This document shows positions 1-8,948 of a DNA stretch of 29,964 bases, piece by piece. This DNA is from Phycisphaerales bacterium. GTDB taxonomy: Bacteria > Planctomycetota > Phycisphaerae > WQYP01. Each line of letters opens with the position of its first letter. Within the stretch, counting starts at the first letter, position 1. Made by a program: the position numbers and the translations under genes. A model generated the notes under the pieces. It had not been told where the DNA came from. It ran no database searches and was given only the letters and a program-made list of their open reading frames with translations. The DNA lies in contig DAIDJN010000022.1 of NCBI GenBank assembly GCA_027451365.1, positions 1 through 29,964 on the forward strand, written 5' to 3'.

Positions 1-123
1 CCAGGGGTCGAGGCCATCCTCGCCTTAAGAGCAGCCTGGAAAAGTCAGGATGCCCGCTGGGAACGGCTGTGGGCCAACCGACCCGCCTACGTTATGACAA
101 AGACAATAAAAAACGCAGCATAA
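1..123 (+). CDS. Transposase C-terminal fragment (ISKra4-like), partial at window edge; not in the ORF track
   Basis: Frame 1 reads PGVEAILALRAAWKSQDARWERLWANRPAYVMTKTIKNAA*. This matches the G-x-E-A-I-L-x-L-R...S-x-D-x-R-W-E-R-x-W tail pattern of this family. Confidence 0.65.
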   Translation, partial: PGVEAILALRAAWKSQDARWERLWANRPAYVMTKTIKNAA

Positions 124-137
124 ACTGTCACAGGCCC
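1..137 (+). mobile_element. Right end of an insertion sequence, probably ISKra4 (Mutator-like) family; partial
   Basis: A transposase-like C-terminus ends at TAA 121-123. It is followed by a terminus reading GGGCCTGTGACAGTTT on the minus strand (137-122). Portal-like sequence on the opposite strand stops at this point. Confidence 0.65.
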
Positions 138-1026
138 GTGGATAGCGCGTGGGAATAAAGGTGCCGGATTGTTCCGCGACCAGCACACGGCCATTGCCCT
201 GGCGGGCGAATTTCTGATTCCACAGCATTTCGGCGCGCTCGGCTTCCTTGCGGCCGATCTGTTCCTTGGGAATAAATGTTCCATCTATGCGGGCGCGGTT
301 GTCCATCAGGCTGTTTTCGTACAGCGCATATTTGGCCGCCAGTTCGGCCTGCATAAATGCGGAACGAAGCGGCGCGTGGCGGCCGCCATACGGATCTTCC
401 ACGGCGGGAAAGCGGAAATCCAGAACATCCTGGCGCGGCAGGTCCACAGAAGCCCCGGTAAGGGCCGGCAAATACCGGTAGGCGACAACCGCAAGGTCTC
501 CATTACGCAGGGGAATGACACGCTGCGTCGGCAGGACCTTGATTTTCTCAACCGGGTCAAATGCGCCATTTTCCAGCAGCCAGTAAGCGCCGCCGAACAC
601 CTCCATATAAATGGCCGTGACATAGCGAAGTTGAAAACCATTAAGGCCGTCATTGTCCTGTTCCAGCAGGTCCAGAAGCGGATGATCGGTGAGTTCATGA
701 ATGGTGGAAACGCCCGAGAGACGACGCGCCAGATTGGGATTATGCTTCAACCGCCGCACTTCAGTATCGCCGAGCATGCGCGTGGGAAAGCAGGCGACCG
801 GCGCATCACCCGGCCGCGTGCGGACATACAGCCGCATGGGCACGCGGGCCACGGCACCGGCATTCCAATTAACACATGTATAGACCAGATCATTGGTCAG
901 ATATTCCAGCAGAAGCTGGGCATCGGTTGGAATGGGCCGGCCGCCGGTCTGGGTCAGGAACGGACTGCCCATGGTAAGCCAGAAATCGTCAGCGGATTTT
1001 TGAACCGGTGCGGATAAAGATGCCAT
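138..1026 (-). pseudogene. HK97-family phage portal protein, 3'-truncated by IS insertion
   Basis: Motifs VYTCVNWNAGAVARVPMRLY, HPLLDLLE-x-NDGLNGFQL, GGAYWL, PTQRV, DVLDFR and NGRVLVAEQSGTF follow the HK97 portal order. After FIPTRYP the frame runs into IS sequence and stops at 25. ATG start at 1026 (TTG at 1032). Confidence 0.8.
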
Positions 1027-1122
1027 AATCAAGCTATAGCATATTCACCATGCGGATAATCGATCCTGCTGCCCAGGCCCAAGAGAACACGACGTTAACA
1101 AAAGCGTTCGGCACACCCGGAA

Positions 1123-3243
1123 TCAGGCATGGATCAGAAGTGGAATATCCTGTGGCAACTGATCGGCGACAGCCGTCAGCGTATCGCCGTGCATGGCGCG
1201 CATCAGCGAACCACGGCGCGAAACACCCATCAGCAGCGCATTGACACTGTAGGTGGCGGCAAAATCCAGAATGCTCCAGGCCACGTCCGGCGATACCACA
1301 TAAATCGGCACCATCGGCACATCCAGTTTCCGGCACTGTTCCTGTGCGGCGCGCAACGCCGCGATGGCTTCCGGATCTTCACTTAAATTAGGCCCCTGGT
1401 CTTCGGCCAGAAACGTTAAATTCAAGGGTCGCACGAAAATAACGAACAGAATCGAACCGGTCTGCTGGGCATATTTGGCCGCGAATTCCAGCAGCCGCGG
1501 GGAGCCGCGCGTTGCCACCATCACTTTGGGCATGCCCATATCCAGTTCGCGGCCCGGAGTGCCAAGGGCCAGGCCCGCGGCCGGGGCCTCCGGCTCGGCG
1601 GCGGCCTCGGGTGCGGCGCGCAGTTGATTTACCAAACCGCGGCAATAGTACCCCGCGGTAATTCCCATGGCCGCAAAAATCGCACCGCCGGCAAAGCTCC
1701 ATCCGGCATACACCGGCTGGTGCACAAGAAATACCATTCCAAGTCTGCCCAAACCGTAGGCCAGCAGCAAACCCGCCGCGCTGCTGGCACCAAGTGCCCA
1801 GGTTCGTCCGCGCACAGACAAAGCTGGAAACTGCTTGGTGTAAAACCGGGCCAGCAGACCCGCGGCCAGCACACTGACGGCGAAAATAAGCGCTTCGTGC
1901 TTCTGCACAGCAAGGGTGATTTCAATAGCCCCCATAAGTACGGCAATGGCCGCCACCATGGTGCGTTCCCAAACCTTAATTGGCAAATCGCGGTTGACCG
2001 CGGCGCTGCCCAGATTAATCGTGATGGCCCCCACCACACCGATGGCATACAAGTCACCAAGTGTGGCAAGACTCTGGAAAATGCTCAGGATCAGCACCGG
2101 CACCAGAACCGCGGGAATAAGGGCCAGCCAGGGCACGCCGAAATAATTCAGTCGACTTAAAAATTTGGGCAGTTCATTGTCCCGCGACATGGTGTACTGC
2201 ACGCTCATCATCGCGCCGATGGCGGTGTTTACCGCGGATATCAGCAGCAGGCCGAACACAATGCCGCATATCCATCCAAAAATTTTGCCGACGTAATCGG
2301 TGGCCATGACGCGCATAACCGAATTTTGGATTTCGTCTTCGCGCTTATAATTTTTGTCCAACTGCTGAACCTTGGCCGCCAGCGCAGGATGCGATTTCCA
2401 ATCCGGATGGGATTGTTTAAACGCGTCGGTTTTGGCCTGCAATTGTACCGCTGGCGTGGTGAATTTTTCGCCAGGATGTTTTGGATTTGGTGACAGGGCG
2501 CACATTGCCACGGCCAGCAGTATGTTCAGCGCCACCACTTCCACCAGAACCGGATAAATGGTTTTCTTGGCTGTACGCAGAACCGGCTGCACCATGACAC
2601 CGGTCATGTTGGCCACCGCCTCAACTCCGGAAAGTGCCAGCACGACATTGACAAAGCTGAACCAGCGGGAACTGAAATTTCCGGAAAGATTTCTCAAGGC
2701 CGTTATGCGATGCCAGCCGGTGGCCAAATGCGGAATACAGAATATCGCAATTATCAACGTCAGAATCAGGGTTGCTTTGGCCACAATAAGCGCCGCAACG
2801 CCCACGCGGCGCAGGCCAAAATAATTCAACAACCCGATGACCACAATTGCCCCAATAGCGCAAATCGGAATCAGCGGGCCATCATTGGGCACACCCAGGT
2901 AATGGATGCCATCAAACGCGGACATGGCGGCGGTCACAATGTAATCCGCACAGAGCAACAACGCCCCGATGACCGCCAACTGTCGGCTGAATTGTTTTGC
3001 CGAAGAATAGACGCCGCCGCCATCGGGAAAACAGCGGCAAATAATGGTATAAGCCCAACCGACCAGGGCCACCAGAATACCGACGGCCACCACGTACCAA
3101 AAACTTTCGTACAGGGAATAGAAAAACGCCAGACCCAGCACGTAAAAGCGGCTGGTGCCCCAATCGCCATAAAGGATCGCGCCGGCGTGATACCACTTAA
3201 GTTCGCGTGGCCGCTCTTTTCGCGTGACCGAATTATCCAGCAT
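1123..3243 (-). CDS. APC-superfamily permease (KimA/KUP-like) with C-terminal universal stress protein domain
   Basis: More than 12 hydrophobic segments. Motifs YGDWGTSRFY, ADYIVTAAMS, ALSGVEAVAN and LGDLYAIGVVG. The C-terminal KVMVATRG...LLMGVSRRG...IPLLIHA is USP-like. Start may be 3243 (ATG) or 3282. Confidence 0.85.
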   Translation of the reverse strand: MLDNSVTRKERPRELKWYHAGAILYGDWGTSRFYVLGLAFFYSLYESFWYVVAVGILVALVGWAYTIICRCFPDGGGVYSSAKQFSRQLAVIGALLLCADYIVTAAMSAFDGIHYLGVPNDGPLIPICAIGAIVVIGLLNYFGLRRVGVAALIVAKATLILTLIIAIFCIPHLATGWHRITALRNLSGNFSSRWFSFVNVVLALSGVEAVANMTGVMVQPVLRTAKKTIYPVLVEVVALNILLAVAMCALSPNPKHPGEKFTTPAVQLQAKTDAFKQSHPDWKSHPALAAKVQQLDKNYKREDEIQNSVMRVMATDYVGKIFGWICGIVFGLLLISAVNTAIGAMMSVQYTMSRDNELPKFLSRLNYFGVPWLALIPAVLVPVLILSIFQSLATLGDLYAIGVVGAITINLGSAAVNRDLPIKVWERTMVAAIAVLMGAIEITLAVQKHEALIFAVSVLAAGLLARFYTKQFPALSVRGRTWALGASSAAGLLLAYGLGRLGMVFLVHQPVYAGWSFAGGAIFAAMGITAGYYCRGLVNQLRAAPEAAAEPEAPAAGLALGTPGRELDMGMPKVMVATRGSPRLLEFAAKYAQQTGSILFVIFVRPLNLTFLAEDQGPNLSEDPEAIAALRAAQEQCRKLDVPMVPIYVVSPDVAWSILDFAATYSVNALLMGVSRRGSLMRAMHGDTLTAVADQLPQDIPLLIHA

Positions 3244-3698
3244 TTGCAAGTCCGCCTTCGGCCGGTCACGGGTGAACCGCAACCGGCAACGACCGGCCTT
3301 TCAATGTTTGCCTGCGAGGTTAGCTGTCGGGCTGGGTTCCGCCGTTTGACCCTTCACCGGCCATCCGATGAATTAGCCCCGTATGAGCAACTCAACTTCT
3401 GTACTTCGGCGGGATTAAACCCTTCCACGCACAAAATTGAAGCCGGCCCGCAGCATTGGGCCTTTTGGTTCCCCCGCTGTGGCCTTGTTTACAGCGGCCA
3501 CATTCGGCGATTGCTCAGCGAATCAGCCGCTATCGTATCCCTAATGAACGTGGAGTCAAGAAAATCAGGACTAAGTTGTCGTGTTTATATAATTAAGTTT
3601 TATTAAAGCGCATTTTAATTGGCATGCCGATCTTGGAATTTTCCTGCGAAAATTCCGATTTTCACTCTCATAATTACCCTTGCCACTACGATTGAATG

Positions 3699-3720
3699 GG
3701 TGTATGTTAGGTATATGTTA
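3699..3720 (+). promoter_or_regulatory. 11-bp tandem direct repeat GGT(G/A)TATGTTA x2, candidate regulator site
   Basis: GGTGTATGTTA (3699-3709) and GGTATATGTTA (3710-3720), ending 8 bp before ATG 3729. Confidence 0.4.
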
Positions 3721-3728
3721 GGATACAA

Positions 3729-4565
3729 ATGATGCGTTTTGAATTGATGAAAAAATCTGCCCATTCCGCTGATATTCTGGCGACTGCAGGCCCGTCGCAC
3801 TTCCCAGGCGGCCAACCAGAGGCTGGCTTGCTGGGCCGATTCATCGGCTGGATACGCCAGCGTGCCACGCTGGCATGCGTGACCGACCGAATGCCAAAAG
3901 TTCCCCAACGGATTCCACCGGTGCCCCGCCCAACCCCGATTCCTGCGCCGGTACAATTATCGCAGCACCCTTATGCCGGAATGGGCAGTGGCTACCCTGA
4001 TTTGGAACCCGAACTTTCCAACCTGTGCCGACTTTGGCGAAACGGACAGACGCCCGCTGTTCGCCTTGGCGCGCAGCAGCGCATCATGGAATTGCTGATT
4101 CCGACGGCTGGCCGCCTGGCCATCAAATACCGTCATGCCGCCATCGGCCTGTCGCGCGAAGACCTTCAACAAGAGGCTTTGCTGAGCTTGTGTGGCGCAC
4201 TGGAAACGTACAATCCGCGGCACCAGGTTCCATTCAGTGCATTCGCCCGTCGGCGGATGCATGGCGCGATTCTGGATGCCTTGCGCCGCTGGAGCCGCCG
4301 CTCGGCCACCGCGACCGCCATATGCGCCGACCGGAATGATGCCAGCGCGGTTGCCGCGGTTGAAACGGCTGATCTTGTAAAGCAACTGCTGGCGGCCCTT
4401 CCGGCTCCGCAGCGCCGCGTGGTGGAACTTCATTTCGTGGCCCAAATGCCGCGCAGCGGAATCGCGGGCCTTCTGGGCGTGCATGTATCACGGGTCGGAC
4501 AACTGCTTCGCGAAGCCATGGCGGCCTTGCGTACCCAACCGCACACCGATTCATTGTGTTGCTGA
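3729..4565 (+). CDS. Sigma-70 family RNA polymerase sigma factor (FliA/WhiG-like regions 2 and 4) with Pro-rich N-terminal extension
   Basis: Region 2: SREDLQQEALLSLCGALETYNPRHQVPFSAFARRRMHGAILDALRR. Region 4: LPAPQRRVVELHF...IAGLLGVHVSRVGQLLREAMAALR. Start codon uncertain. Confidence 0.85.
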   Translation: MMRFELMKKSAHSADILATAGPSHFPGGQPEAGLLGRFIGWIRQRATLACVTDRMPKVPQRIPPVPRPTPIPAPVQLSQHPYAGMGSGYPDLEPELSNLCRLWRNGQTPAVRLGAQQRIMELLIPTAGRLAIKYRHAAIGLSREDLQQEALLSLCGALETYNPRHQVPFSAFARRRMHGAILDALRRWSRRSATATAICADRNDASAVAAVETADLVKQLLAALPAPQRRVVELHFVAQMPRSGIAGLLGVHVSRVGQLLREAMAALRTQPHTDSLCC

Positions 4566-4669
4566 CCGCCGCCCTTTGGCTGAATCCCCGATACACAGGT
4601 TAACGCCCGCGAGAAATGGGATAAGGCGCATTTTATAGTCATTCCTTTTTATTTTTAAGGAGTTTTATT

Positions 4670-5290
4670 ATGGCAAAATATGCTGGACTGCACCGGAAAC
4701 TCAACACCCTTCTGGCCGCGCCGGAGGGAAAATGGCACGACATTTTTCTGGGCATGCACGAGCTGGCAATATGTGTGTCATCCCGCATTAAATTCAAATC
4801 CACACAGGACTGTGAGGATGCGATAAGTGCCGCAGTGGTGCATGCCATGGAACAATTGACAAGCTACGATGCCAACCGCCGGTGCGCAATCGCCTATTTC
4901 GGCCGGGTAATGGCCCGCCACATGCTGACCGGATTGCAGGAGGCCCGCCAGACGCCGCTTCTGCAGGATGCATTTCCCAACCAGGATGCGGAATGGTCCA
5001 TTCTGGACCGGGCGATTTCTCATCGCACGCCCGGCCGGGCGGCCCCTGCCGAGGCCCTGTATCGGCTGACCCACGCCGATGATATACGCAAGGTTCGCAA
5101 TCTCCTGGATGTGTCGCTGGAACGCAGTCTTGAAGCACTGGAAAATTCGGCAATCGCGGCGGAACAGGATCAGGCCAGAATCTGCCTGATGGTGCTTCAG
5201 CAGATACGCAAGCTGCTGCTGGGCCGGTTTAATCGGATCGTGGCCGATCATCTGCGTATCAGCACCGGCGCACAGGGTGCCACGGAGTAA
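4670..5290 (+). CDS. Hypothetical protein with sigma region-2-like segment resembling T4 gp55-type phage late sigma factors
   Basis: AAGGAG Shine-Dalgarno at 4657-4662. Segment LAICVSSRIKF...EDAISAAVVHAMEQLTSYDANRRCAIAYFGRVMARHML. No recognisable region-4 HTH. Confidence 0.6.
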   Translation: MAKYAGLHRKLNTLLAAPEGKWHDIFLGMHELAICVSSRIKFKSTQDCEDAISAAVVHAMEQLTSYDANRRCAIAYFGRVMARHMLTGLQEARQTPLLQDAFPNQDAEWSILDRAISHRTPGRAAPAEALYRLTHADDIRKVRNLLDVSLERSLEALENSAIAAEQDQARICLMVLQQIRKLLLGRFNRIVADHLRISTGAQGATE

Positions 5291-5323
5291 AAAAAATGCC
5301 CCCACCCGAACGGGTGAGGGCAT
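5289..5323 (-). terminator. Rho-independent terminator for the DUF4159 gene (possibly bidirectional)
   Basis: Stem ATGCCCCCACCCG-AA-CGGGTGAGGGCAT (5296-5323, one mismatch) with an A8 tract at 5289-5296, which is a U-tract on the minus strand. It lies between convergent genes. Confidence 0.75.
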
Positions 5324-5356
5324 CATTCAAGCGACGTTCATGGCAGGCATTCAGCT

Positions 5357-6865
5357 TTAATGCGTCAGGGCGTATACCAGAATATTGGTGCCCAGTTTCA
5401 GCGAATCCGTTGTGGAATAGGCCTTCGCATATGGGTTGGGCAGGTCTTCCCAGCCGTTTGAAAGCGAAAACCGTGAATAAATGACAACCGGATTGCCATC
5501 AATTGTGGCGGCTTCCAGGACGGGGTTATTCAATCCCGGAGCGGCGGTGGCCACCACCGGCGAATAGGTGACATGCCGCACATTAAACACATCGTTGTAC
5601 ACCGGCGAGGTCATAGGCAGCAGGGCCAGCTTGTGGTGTGGAAGCACCAGGCGGATTTCCTTGCGGAATGCGGTATCAAACGCACTGGCCCCCATGGCGT
5701 CATCCACCAGAATCACACCGCCGGCATGGAGGTAATTATGCAGATTTTTGATTTCCGTGGCGGTCCAGGCGAAATTGCGCAGTCCTGTCATATAAATAAA
5801 TGGATATTTACCGACTTGCAGGCTGTCCAGCGAAACTTTCGCACGCTTGAACTGAACGCTGACGGTTGTTTTCTGGTCGATGAATTTCAAAAGGTTGGGC
5901 AGGCCGTGCGGCGTCGGATTCCAGTCGCCATTGTTCACCACCTGGGCAATCACCACCTGATCGCGCGTGGCGATGCGTGACTGCTGATAAATTTTCTGAA
6001 TTTCAAAGGCCCGGCCATACTGGAAATTGGCCAGTACATAGGTCAGGATATTGGCCCCCAGCCGCAGCGCGTCCTGCTGGGCATACAGCGTACCGCCCTT
6101 AATAGGATGCGTCGCGGCGTCCCAACCCCAGCTCATATCCACCGGCGAGAAAATAATCCCCGCCCGGCAGCCCATGTACATCACGCGAAGATAGGCGGGA
6201 ATCTGTTTCCACGATCCGGTACCCACACGCACACGCATGGTCTTTATGCGGTTTAAGTCATGGAACATCGGGTCATCCAGCGGCAGCGCTCCGAACGGAT
6301 GGTGCGGGAAAAGTTCATGTTCAAAGGCCATTGCGCTCTGGTTGAATTTCGGTCGGCCGCAGCTGGAATTAATAAGAATGGTTCCGCCGGCCACCACATA
6401 ACCACGCATGCGGGCCAGAATCGCCGGGCTGAAATTCGGCAGCGGAGTCCAGCCGGTGATATACAGTACGGGCAATTGCGTCGGGCTGTAGCTGAAGCGG
6501 GTGGGATCCACCTGAACGTAGCGATAATGCAGGCCGAGCTGGGAATTGGTCCAGTTCATCAGGGTTTCAAGATCCAGCGTTTCGGTCGGATAGTTGACGA
6601 CACGGTGGTCCTTAATGACATTCAGATTCAACATGCCGATAAGGGCCGGTGGTGCGGGCTTGCGGTGGTGTTCTGACCGGCGAACGGGCGTGGCCGGCAG
6701 AGGCAGCGGAGCGGTGGCTTCGCCGCCGGCAAGGCGGGTGCGGTGCGCACGCGGCGGAACCCAGGCTTTGGGATTCACAAATGACCCATGAACGGCTCCG
6801 CCGACGGCAATAAGGGCCGCGGCAAAAAGCGTTGAAGCAAAAGTTCCAGCTTTTACGAACGTCAT
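5357..6865 (-). CDS. Secreted protein with two tandem DUF4159 domains
   Basis: Signal peptide plus two repeats: PVLYITG...YVVAGGTILI...ALRLGANILTYVL and YPFIYMTG...YLHAGGVILVD...SLKLGTNILVYALTH. GAGGTG SD upstream of ATG 6865. Confidence 0.8.
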   Translation of the reverse strand: MTFVKAGTFASTLFAAALIAVGGAVHGSFVNPKAWVPPRAHRTRLAGGEATAPLPLPATPVRRSEHHRKPAPPALIGMLNLNVIKDHRVVNYPTETLDLETLMNWTNSQLGLHYRYVQVDPTRFSYSPTQLPVLYITGWTPLPNFSPAILARMRGYVVAGGTILINSSCGRPKFNQSAMAFEHELFPHHPFGALPLDDPMFHDLNRIKTMRVRVGTGSWKQIPAYLRVMYMGCRAGIIFSPVDMSWGWDAATHPIKGGTLYAQQDALRLGANILTYVLANFQYGRAFEIQKIYQQSRIATRDQVVIAQVVNNGDWNPTPHGLPNLLKFIDQKTTVSVQFKRAKVSLDSLQVGKYPFIYMTGLRNFAWTATEIKNLHNYLHAGGVILVDDAMGASAFDTAFRKEIRLVLPHHKLALLPMTSPVYNDVFNVRHVTYSPVVATAAPGLNNPVLEAATIDGNPVVIYSRFSLSNGWEDLPNPYAKAYSTTDSLKLGTNILVYALTH

Positions 6866-7488
6866 GTGGCACCTCACAATTTTGGCTTGGCAGGCCGCAG
6901 ATGCGCAAAGGGCGCACCCACCCTGCTAAGATAATACCATCAGTATAACGATCTGTTAAGCGAAATGATTGCGGAATTTTATTAATTTTATAGAATTTTA
7001 CGCGTTTCGCAAAGTCATATAATAGCGGCATTGCAAGACCATCCGCCCTACAATTCTTGGCCAGTGAGGCATCATAATCTTCGGAAAATGCCACATCCAG
7101 CACAGACCGCATAATCAGAACCTGTCGACGCCAACAGATGAACCCACAGTTGTTCCTGACCAATGCTGGCGAACCTGCCGCCAAAACGATGCATTTGCTT
7201 GGCTCCAAGTGTGTTGTAAAGCTGCCGAGCAGCTGGAAAGCATAGGCGACTGGCGGAAAATAATAATATCATGCTGACGCGGCGAAAATAGCAGATTGAT
7301 TGTCATGCATGCTTATAATCCGAATCGAAGCGGGTCCAAGTGCGGTAGCCAGCGTATGCGCCGGTCGCGCCGGGCCGGTTGCATTCTGGCAATAAAATAT
7401 CTATCATAACGTTATATATTTTAATCAGTGGTTCGCCCTGGCGTGCCGCGATTCAAAAATCAACGACCGGCCTTTGGAGACGATTATC

Positions 7489-8850
7489 ATGGCAGCAAAG
7501 CGGATATCCCGCACCGGTTTGTCGATTGCACTTCTGGTGGCCATATTCCTTAACCCCGCAGCACTCACACGTGCCGCGAGCCGCCACCATACGGCGGATA
7601 TGGCCTGGTGGGCCAGGGCGCGCTTTGGCATGTTTATTCACTGGGGGCTTTACGCCCAGGCGGCTGGATACTGGCATGGCCGGCGCATTGGCGGAATTGG
7701 TGAATGGATCATGAACAACGCACACATCACCCGGAAAGCTTACGGAAAGCTGGCCGCCAGATTTGACCCGGTGGGATTTAATGCCGACCAATGGGTGAAA
7801 ATGGCCCACGACGCGGGCGTGAAATACATTGTGATCACCACCAAGCATCATGATGGCTTCTGCATGTTTAATACCAAAGCAACCACATACAACATTGTGC
7901 GGGATACGCCATGGCACAAAGATCCGATGGCCATGCTGGCCAAAGCCTGTAAGAAATATGGTGTGCGCTTCTGCACCTATTATTCAGTTCAAGACTGGCA
8001 CAGCCGGTACACACTGCCCAATCGCGTTGTCAATGGCAAGCCGTACTGGCAGGCGATACGGTTCACGGCCGATGGCGGCGGAGAAAAATATGTTCACTAC
8101 ATGGAAACGCAATTGGGGGAGCTGATTCATCAATATCATCCCGGTTTGATATGGTTTGATAATCCGGCGGCGATGGCATGGACAACTTCCACCGGGCAAC
8201 ATGTCGCGGGCTGGAACCGGCAATATGCTTCACAAGTATTTAATTATGTACGTAAGATTGATCCGACGGTGATTTTAAACAATCGGCTGTGGTACGGATA
8301 CGGCGATTATGGCACACCGGAACAGCACATTCCGCCGCAAGGCATGCGTGGCCATTGGGAAACCTGCATGACCATCAACAACACGTGGGGTTATAAGAGC
8401 TATGACAAGGCCTTTAAACCGGCCAGTATGCTGATTACCAATTTAATTAAATGCGCCAGCGGCGGAGGCAACTATCTGCTGAATGTCGGGCCGACCGGCA
8501 AAGGCATTATTCCGCGGCCGGAGGTAAGGCGGATGCTGGCGATCGGAAATTGGCTGCGGGTAAACGGCGTCGCCATTTATGGTTCGCATCGGACACCTTT
8601 TCACAAGGCAATGCCCTTTGGCTATGTGACACGCAAACCGGGGCGGTTGTACCTGGAGGTAACACACTGGCCGGCAAGCCGCACGCTGGTGGTGCCGATG
8701 GCGCGAAAAATTGTCAGCGCGAAGTTTCTGGCAAATCCGTATGTGGCGGTTCAGACAGCGGCCAGCGGGCAGAATCAACTGATCTATCTGCCTGCCAAAC
8801 CACTGGATGCCGTGGCCACGGTAATTCAATTGAATCTGGCGGCAAAGTGA
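7489..8850 (+). CDS. Alpha-L-fucosidase, glycoside hydrolase family 29, secreted
   Basis: Motifs WWARARFGMFIHWGLY, ITTKHHDGF, IWFD (nucleophile), WETCMTINNTWGY and GGNYLLNVGP. Signal peptide; GGAG SD at 7476-7479. Confidence 0.92.
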   Translation: MAAKRISRTGLSIALLVAIFLNPAALTRAASRHHTADMAWWARARFGMFIHWGLYAQAAGYWHGRRIGGIGEWIMNNAHITRKAYGKLAARFDPVGFNADQWVKMAHDAGVKYIVITTKHHDGFCMFNTKATTYNIVRDTPWHKDPMAMLAKACKKYGVRFCTYYSVQDWHSRYTLPNRVVNGKPYWQAIRFTADGGGEKYVHYMETQLGELIHQYHPGLIWFDNPAAMAWTTSTGQHVAGWNRQYASQVFNYVRKIDPTVILNNRLWYGYGDYGTPEQHIPPQGMRGHWETCMTINNTWGYKSYDKAFKPASMLITNLIKCASGGGNYLLNVGPTGKGIIPRPEVRRMLAIGNWLRVNGVAIYGSHRTPFHKAMPFGYVTRKPGRLYLEVTHWPASRTLVVPMARKIVSAKFLANPYVAVQTAASGQNQLIYLPAKPLDAVATVIQLNLAAK

Positions 8851-8948
8851 CCTGTGTATCCGCCACGACTGGAACCGCGGACCCGCGGAAGGTTGGACGA
8901 ATTCAGGATGGTTTTTTTGTTTTCCGCTGCCTGGTGCCAGGATTGCAC

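Noticed and set aside
2710..3606. 298-aa plus-strand ORF, and similar antisense ORFs such as 169-1017, 23721-24317 and 26989-27714
   Set aside because: Antisense shadows of well-supported genes.
1..5290. Intact prophage
   Set aside because: Only a disrupted portal and a sigma-like gene, separated by a host transporter; no integrase, terminase, capsid or tail genes in the window.
5791..5798. TATAAATA, the T4 late promoter consensus
   Set aside because: It lies inside the DUF4159 coding sequence on the antisense strand with no gene downstream; likely chance.
8851..8948. Terminator between the fucosidase and MFS genes
   Set aside because: The CCGCGG-AC-CCGCGG stem is short and not adjacent to the T-tract at about 8912; too weak to call.
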